Source: Prorocentrum cordatum (Eukaryota). Taken from it: a stretch of DNA of 53,687 nt. Below the pieces are notes generated by a model that saw only the letters and a program-made list of their open reading frames with translations, made no database searches and was not told the DNA's origin. The translations under genes and the position numbers were made by a program. The stretch covers positions 62,001 to 115,687 of the forward strand of contig CAUYUJ010000300.1 in the NCBI GenBank assembly GCA_963575745.1, read 5' to 3'. Position 1 is the stretch's first letter, and each line of letters begins with the position of its first letter. This document shows positions 47,288 to 53,687 of the stretch, piece by piece.

Positions 47288-49793
47288 TCAGAGGAAGCCG
47301 AGGATGTGGGCCACGACCGTGGCCGAGCGCTCGCCGAAAACCCCGTTCAAGCACAATTCCTTGACGATGAGGGCCTCGCTGATGACCCTGCAACGCCACC
47401 ACACGTGCATCGACAGCACCTTCTCGCAGAACTTCACGGGGTACGCCTGGCTCGCGAGGGTCGCCTTGTTGCCGCTCGTCCACTGCCGCTGCGCGCCAGA
47501 CACCCTGTACAAGCGTTCCTTCTGGTCCTTCTCCTCCTTCTTGATCTGGCTGATCGTCTGCTTGGCGGCCCTCTCGAACTGCTTGGCCCACGGCGCGTCC
47601 GTCCAGCAGACCGTGGGCTTCATGGACGAGTGGCCGAACGCTGCCATGCAGAAGGAGATCTCCCGACCCATCCACACTGCTCAGTTGCTACCGCCTTCCT
47701 CAACTTCGAACACACCTCGCAAGCCCCATGCCACTTACCTTCTCGCGTCGCGCCCGACGATGCGCGACGCGCTGTTATCTTCGCGCAGCGCGAGGTCGCC
47801 TGGGGGAAGGGCTGATGTCCCTGCGTGGGCCGCGACGCGCGAGGCGCGAATGTCATCGCGCCATTTGCGCCGATTTAGGGCCGCGCCCAATCTGCCCTTT
47901 ATCTCAGTGCTGGAGAAGATACTAGCCTAACCATGGACCATTGTCACAAACCCCCTTCCATCATCCTTGCATTGCTGCTTCATCCTAGCCATCATCCATC
48001 TCTCATCCTCCTAGTATTCCTCCCTCCCCTTCTCATACTCTATTCCAATTCCTCCCCCATCCTCATCATTGCCCGCCATCCGTCGGTCCGTTGTGGTCGT
48101 CGCCGTTGCACGCGTCGTCTGTCGCCGCCGTCGCTGTCAATAGTCGCTGTCGTTCGTGGGTCGTCGTCCGTCGAGGTCATCGTCGTCGCAAGTCGCGTCG
48201 GTCGTCGCCGTCGTCGTCGTCGTCTGCCCTGCAGCTCCGCGCGTTGCCGTCGCGTCGTCGCGGCCGTCGTCGCCGTCGCCCATCGCCGTCGACGTCGGTC
48301 GCCCCTCCCTTCCCAGCCCCCGCCCTTTGAAAGGCGTGCTTGGCCAGCACCGTCACCATGGGCTGGTACTTGAAGAACCAGGAGCTGGCTGGCTGCTCGA
48401 TCACGATCACCACGCGCTTCTGCAAGGCCTCTCGCCCGCGCGCGCCCCCCGCCCGCCCCGAGACGCTGGGGGAAGGGCCCAAGCGAGAAGTCCAGGGCGA
48501 AATGCGACGGACCGACATGCCAGGCGAGGGGGCAAGGGGCAGATGGAGGGTGCGATCGGGCGATTGAGGCCAGAGCCGCCGAGACCAAGACCCGAGGAGA
48601 GAAAAGAGGAGGATATGGGAGCAGATAAGGAAGGAGAAGGAAGTGGAAGGAAGGTAGCAGGGTAGCAGGTGTGGGGGGGGGGCGGTGACAAAGGCGCGAG
48701 AGGTGAAGCCTTCACGAGCTGGACGAAATTGGCGACCGCATCGGCGATGGCGTTGCCCTCCCTGGCGAACGCGTTCGTGGCGTCGCCTGCAGGATTGAGG
48801 GCGCTCCGCTTGGCGAGTCCGAGCGTGAGGAAGATCCAGAACTTGCACGGCGCCCCCACCAGAACGACCCCGAGATCTTTGACAAGGAGGGCCAGCATGA
48901 TGAGCCTCCCCAGAGGGGCATACCAGAGCCCCAAGGAATGGGGCGATCTCATATCTCCCCATCCCTTGGGTTCCAACCTACCCCCCTCCCCCCCCAGTGG
49001 AAGGGGAAGGCAAAGCTCAGGCAGGCCGGCGAGATCGCCGAGGGAAGAATTCCTGGCGAAACAAGTGCCCTCTAAGAAGGGGGCGGGCAGGCGGGGCTGG
49101 CGGAAGGGAGACGGGCAGGAGGACGAGACGAAACAAAAAAGAACATAGATATGATACCACGTGCCCCGACCCCGTGAACCGCTTCCTGCCCGCCGCAGTC
49201 AGCACGTCCTCGCCTGGCCCGTTCAGCTTGTCCACGCCTGCAACCTTGAGGCCTGCCCTGGCACACGTCTGGCTGAACGCCTCGCAACCACTGAAGATGT
49301 CCAGAGCGTCGAGAAGCCCGCCGTTGTTGATCTCCTCCACAGCCGTCGGGATGAGCTCCTTGGGCTGACGATGTCTACGGTTCGAGGCCCAGGCCACAGG
49401 AAGAGGATGCAGGGGGGCGCGGGCGACGACGGCGACGAGAAGGGCGACGAGGGCTCGCGGCGAGGGGGGGGAGGGCGCGGAGGGAGTGGCCTCCTCCACA
49501 CATTACCCAACATCCTCCTCTTTCCTACCTCCTCAACTCCTCTTCCTTCGCCCTTACTCCCCTGCCCTCCTTCGCGCCTCATCCTTTCCTCCGCCGCGTC
49601 CTTCAGGTCATCCATGAAGTCGATCGGCGCCATATCCCAGTTCACCTCGACCTTGTCGTACTCCCACCGCGTGAGCACCCACTTCCTGTCAATCCTCTCG
49701 TAGGCGCGAATGTTCACGATGGGGTCGACGGGCGAGGCGACGGCGACGGGTTCGGGCTGGCCGCTCGCGGAACCCGCCGAGCCAGACGACGCC
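47288..49793 (-). CDS. C5 cytosine DNA methyltransferase-like protein, >=5 exons, 5' end unresolved
   Basis: Exons 49793-49589, 49364-49180, 48905-48710, 48428-48324 and 47659-47288 join in frame (GA, GT, GC, GC donors). Motifs: ALDIFSG (I), GVD (II), EDV (III), GAPC (IV, catalytic Cys), VIEQP (VI), CMAAFGHSSMKPT (VIII-like), SQAYPVKFC (X-like). Confidence 0.8.
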
Positions 49794-50411
49794 CTGGAAA
49801 AGGGTGCAGATAGATATGCAGAGATGGGGGGGGGGGGGCGGTGGGCCAGAGGCTGCGCGCGCCCTCTGCCTCCTCCGAAGGACCATGCAGAATGAGCAGA
49901 AAGAGGATGAGGATGAGGCCTGACGAGGACGATCTGGGAGTCGCGAAGAGGGGAAGAGGATGGAGGGGGCGAGGCGAGGAGACACCCGCGCGAGGGGAGG
50001 GGAAGGGGGGGAGGATGACGCCTCCTCCCCCATCTTTCCACCCTATCTCCTCCCCAGGGCCTAAGCAGGGGATGGGGGACGGGGCGGGGTGGGGTTGGGC
50101 ATGAGGCAGAGGGCGGTGCCCCCTTTACTGATCAATGTTGCAACGTGTGCACAAGAAAATAAAAATAATAAAAAACAAAAAAAAGAAAAAAAAAATAAAA
50201 AGCACACCAATGTCCTTGGGCCCGCGGCGCGGCGACGGCCGCGCTGGCGTTGGAGCTTTGGACAGCATGTACAATCCCTGCGGTCCCAGCGCCTGCGGCT
50301 GCGGCAGCGCTGCCGGGGCGCGACTCGTGCTGGCAAGCTTGCAGGCTGCAGCGTTGCTGCCTGCGCCCTCTAGCTGCGCTGCTGCTGCTGCTGCTGCCGC
50401 CCAGGTGAAGA

Positions 50412-50412
<1 letters not shown>

Positions 50413-50447
<35 letters not shown>

Positions 50448-50498
50448 AAAAAAAAACAAAAAAAAAAAAACAAAAAAAAAAAAAAAAAAAAAAAAAAA

Positions 50499-50534
<36 letters not shown>

Positions 50535-50565
50535 AAAAAAAAACAAACAAAAAAAAAAAAAAAAA

Positions 50566-50612
<47 letters not shown>
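50413..50612. repeat. ~200-bp imperfect poly(A) tract (poly(T) on the coding strand)
   Basis: Directly visible. A shorter A-rich tract lies at 50152-50201. Confidence 0.95.
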
Positions 50613-50614
<2 letters not shown>

Positions 50615-51458
50615 GGTCCCCAAGTAGATCATCTGGCGTGCGCGGTGCTGCGTTGCCGCTGAGGTCCTGCTGGGCTCGGATGCAACGCGGCGCAGCGCCC
50701 CCCGTCCTGGGCCCAGTCCTCGGCCGCGTTTGTTTCGCACGCCCAATCAGCGTGCAGTTAAATTCTCACGTTTGTTACGGTGTCTGAGAATTCTGCATCT
50801 CACAGACCCATGGCCCATGGAGTCCACGGGGCCGCGGAACATGGAATTCTCAGATGCCCCCAGGGCCCCCGCCGACCTCGACCTGAAGTTCTGAGGGCGT
50901 TGCTAGTGCATTCACTCGGCTACGTCGAATGCGCCACTCGACGCACCCCCGCACTCCCGCCCCGCCCCCCCCCCCCCCATCGAAGAGGAGAGGGGGGGCT
51001 GGGCCGGGGAGGGCGGCGGCGGCGGGAAGATCGAGGGGCACGGAGCGAGGGGCGATGAGAGGGGGGACCAGCTGATGGGCGGACGCGGAATACACATGGA
51101 AAGGTGGAAGAGGAATGGCGAAATGCGACGGCAGTGGAAGGGAGGGAGCAGGGAGGGTAAATGGCGACGAGGGGCGGCGAACGGGGCGGGCAGAGGGTTG
51201 GGCGAGGAAACGCGATGCAGCTTAGGGAAGGGAACGGCGAGAAACGAGCAAGGGGCAGCAAGGGGGCGGGGGAAGGGAGGAGGCGGCAAGGGGAGGACAA
51301 GGGCCGAGTGAACGAACAGACGAACGGCGGGGAAGGGGGGAGGGCAGAGGGGTGGACGAGGAAGAAACCAGGAAGAGGAGCCAGGAAGAGAGGGTGGAAC
51401 AGGGAGAGGAGAGGAAGAGGTGCAGGAGGAGGAGGTATCCCGTCTTATCCCCGCGCTC

Positions 51459-51635
51459 CTCTGCGGGCCGTTGTTGCTGTTGCTGCTGCTGCTGCTGCTG
51501 CTGCCGCTGCTGGGCGCGCACCCGCTCGCGCCACGCGGTCACGACGTGGCGCGGCAGCACGAGGTTGAAGAACACTGGCACCACGACCATGTCGTCGGGC
51601 AGCCTGGGCCGACGCGAAAGGGGTGGGCTCTCCTC
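51459..51635 (-). CDS. Possible upstream exon with polyQ (EESPPLSRRPRLPDDMVVVPVFFNLVLPRHVVTAWRERVRAQQRQ…)
   Basis: Coding-like block between purine/pyrimidine tracts with cag|g and ag|ga borders. Link to the MTase gene not established. Confidence 0.35.
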
Positions 51636-53320
51636 CTGCACTTGCCCCCCGTTCACGATGCCCCTTTTTTCCTTGTTTCCCGCTTCTCCCCCCCCCCGCC
51701 CCCCGCCACCCCCCCGCCCCCCCGTCGCCGCCCGTCCTTCGGAGGGTCGGCGATGGGGCAGGGAGGCGAAATGACGTTGGGATTATACGGGTCGGCTCGT
51801 CGGCCACCCAGAGTCGCGCAACCCGCTGCTATCTATTCGCGCCCCCGCAAGACCGCCTCTGATAGAGGCAGCTCTCCAGCCTGGGCTGCGACGCGCGAGG
51901 CGCGACCATCTTCGCGCAGATGGGGGCGGGGGCCGTTTCGCATCCCGTCGGCCCCGCCTTGGCTGCTGCATGGCGCTGCAACCGAAAAAAAGATGGGCCT
52001 CTCAACCGATCTGCATGGCGCCCCGCGTGGAAACGCGGAGGCAAAGGTGGAGGCGGAGGCGGGGTCGGCATTGGAGGTGGAGTTGGAGGTGGAAGAGTTC
52101 CAGTGGGAGAGGGGCGAGGGCAGAGGGCATCTCCACGTCCAACTCCACCACCTCCTCCATCCACATCAATCCTACGTCCTACGATCTCCTTGTCCACTGG
52201 CAGGAGCCTGTCCACCCCCCCCCCCTTCTCTTCAGACTCCTCCTTCCCCCATCCTCCTCATCCACGTTGGCCGCCGCGTTTCCCTGCGGGGCGCGCGCGG
52301 GGGGGGGGCCCGCGAGGCGCGCCGCCGCCGAGGGCTCCGCCGGCGGCCCCTGAGCCCTGAGCCTCGAAAGGGCTCGCAGCCGCGGGGCGAAGGAAGAGGG
52401 AAGGGTCGGGGGAGGCCCGCAGAGCAGCGGCGCCGAGCTGGAAGGGGCAGGGAGGGAGAATAGTCGATCGTCTCCGATCGTCCATCGACGACCACATCGT
52501 CCTCGATCAACGTCGGGTGCCCGTCGTCGATCGTCGTCGTTCGTCGTCGACTGTCGTCGTAAACCGCCCTCGGCCGTCGACCGTCGTCGTTCGTTGTCGC
52601 ATGCCGTCGTTCGTCGTCGATCGTCTTCTCGTCGTCGTCGATCCTCCATCGTCGATCGTCGTTGCCGATAGTTGCTCGACATCGTCGATCGTCCATCGTC
52701 GATCCTCCATCGTCGATCCGCACATGACGGTAGTTGCTCGTCGTCGGTCCTCCATCGTCGATCGTCGTTCGTCGTCGCCGATCGTTCTCGCTGTGTCGTT
52801 GTGCCAGAGAGAACGATCGGCGACTACGAACGACGATCGCGACGCGGTGCGCGACGCGGCGCACGGGCGGGCACCGCGCCTGGCAGCGGCCGCTGAAAAA
52901 AACAGCAGCTCCAATGGCGGCCGCGCCCGCGCGGCCACCTACAGCCACACCAACCAACACTAAGGATTCGCGAAACGATTTAAGATACAAAACCCTTGGA
53001 TTCGCCTGGATGGCCCATCCAGGCGCCGCACGACAGCGCCAACCAGCACATGAGACATCATGTCTCATGTGTTGGTTGGCGGGTCGTTGAAGGATGCACG
53101 AGTGGCCTTTTTTCAAAACACATGGAATCCTTAGTATTGGTCCCCCGCTCCTCCCCCGCTCCTCTGCCTCCCCCTTCCCCCGCCTCCCCGCTGGCCCACC
53201 CGCCCCGTGCCCCTTCCTTACCTCCTGCCTCCCCCCGTCTCATCCCCACCCCCTTCCCCGACCGTGCCCCCTTCCCTCCTCGCCTCCCGCAGCGCCCTGC
53301 GCGCGCCAGGGCCGCCCCCC

Positions 53321-53336
53321 CTCAGCCAAAATGGCT
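53321..53336 (-). other. Possible relic spliced leader
   Basis: Minus strand agccattttggctgag has a 13-nt exact match to the DinoSL core. Confidence 0.45.
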
Positions 53337-53687
53337 GGCGCAGCGTCTGCCTGAGCATCGTTCCCTCCCTACTCCCGTCTCCTCCTCTTCTCGCCCTGTT
53401 CGCCCCTACCTCCTTCCTTTCATTATGATATGCCCCCCCTTCCCCCCCTTCCTCTTATTTCCCCCTTGCAGGGCATTGGGCGGGCAAGGCGAGACGCCAT
53501 CGCCATTGAAGTAGGAAGGCGTTGGACGTGCATTGGGGTTTGGAAATCCATTGTTCCATATGCTCGGAAATCGAAACAACGCTGCATCGCGAGGGCCCTA
53601 AGCGCGAGTTCTCTGAGCCCAGGGGGGGGGGGGGCAGGGTGACCCCAACGGTCTGTGGCACGCCGCCGCGGCGTCAGAACATGCCCA

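Noticed and set aside
26100..53687. Terminal inverted repeats bounding the gene cluster
   Set aside because: Searched by eye and found no convincing pair or 8-bp TSD. One end may lie outside the window.

Overview
Repeat-dense, GC-rich eukaryotic DNA from a dinoflagellate. A perfect 22-nt dinoflagellate spliced leader sits on the minus strand at 10943-10964, and the genes use GT/GC/GA donors with mostly AG|G acceptors; a Prorocentrum-like genome is my guess, not shown. Most ORFs in the supplied track are microsatellite or GC artefacts. The left half (1-27 kb) holds microsatellites and satellites, two decayed non-LTR (LINE) retroelements (one running from the spliced leader to a (TTTAAC)4 tail), and many short fold-back elements. 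These have unrelated bodies but share T(C/A)G...(C/T)GA ends and 5-bp target duplications (17 and 21 bp in two cases). The right half (27-50 kb) is a minus-strand array of intron-containing genes that I could splice in frame by hand: a ~1378-aa hAT-like DDE transposase with a C-terminal PHD-type finger and a poly(T) GC-AG intron; directly upstream, a C5 cytosine-methyltransferase-like gene with a possible chromo-like exon; downstream, unknown multi-exon genes with weak ParB-like and SET-like resemblance. Best candidate for something new: a large DNA transposon or transposase-anchored cluster carrying its own DNA-methylation/chromatin toolkit. I could not find its terminal repeats. All domain calls are by-eye motif recognition, with no searches run.
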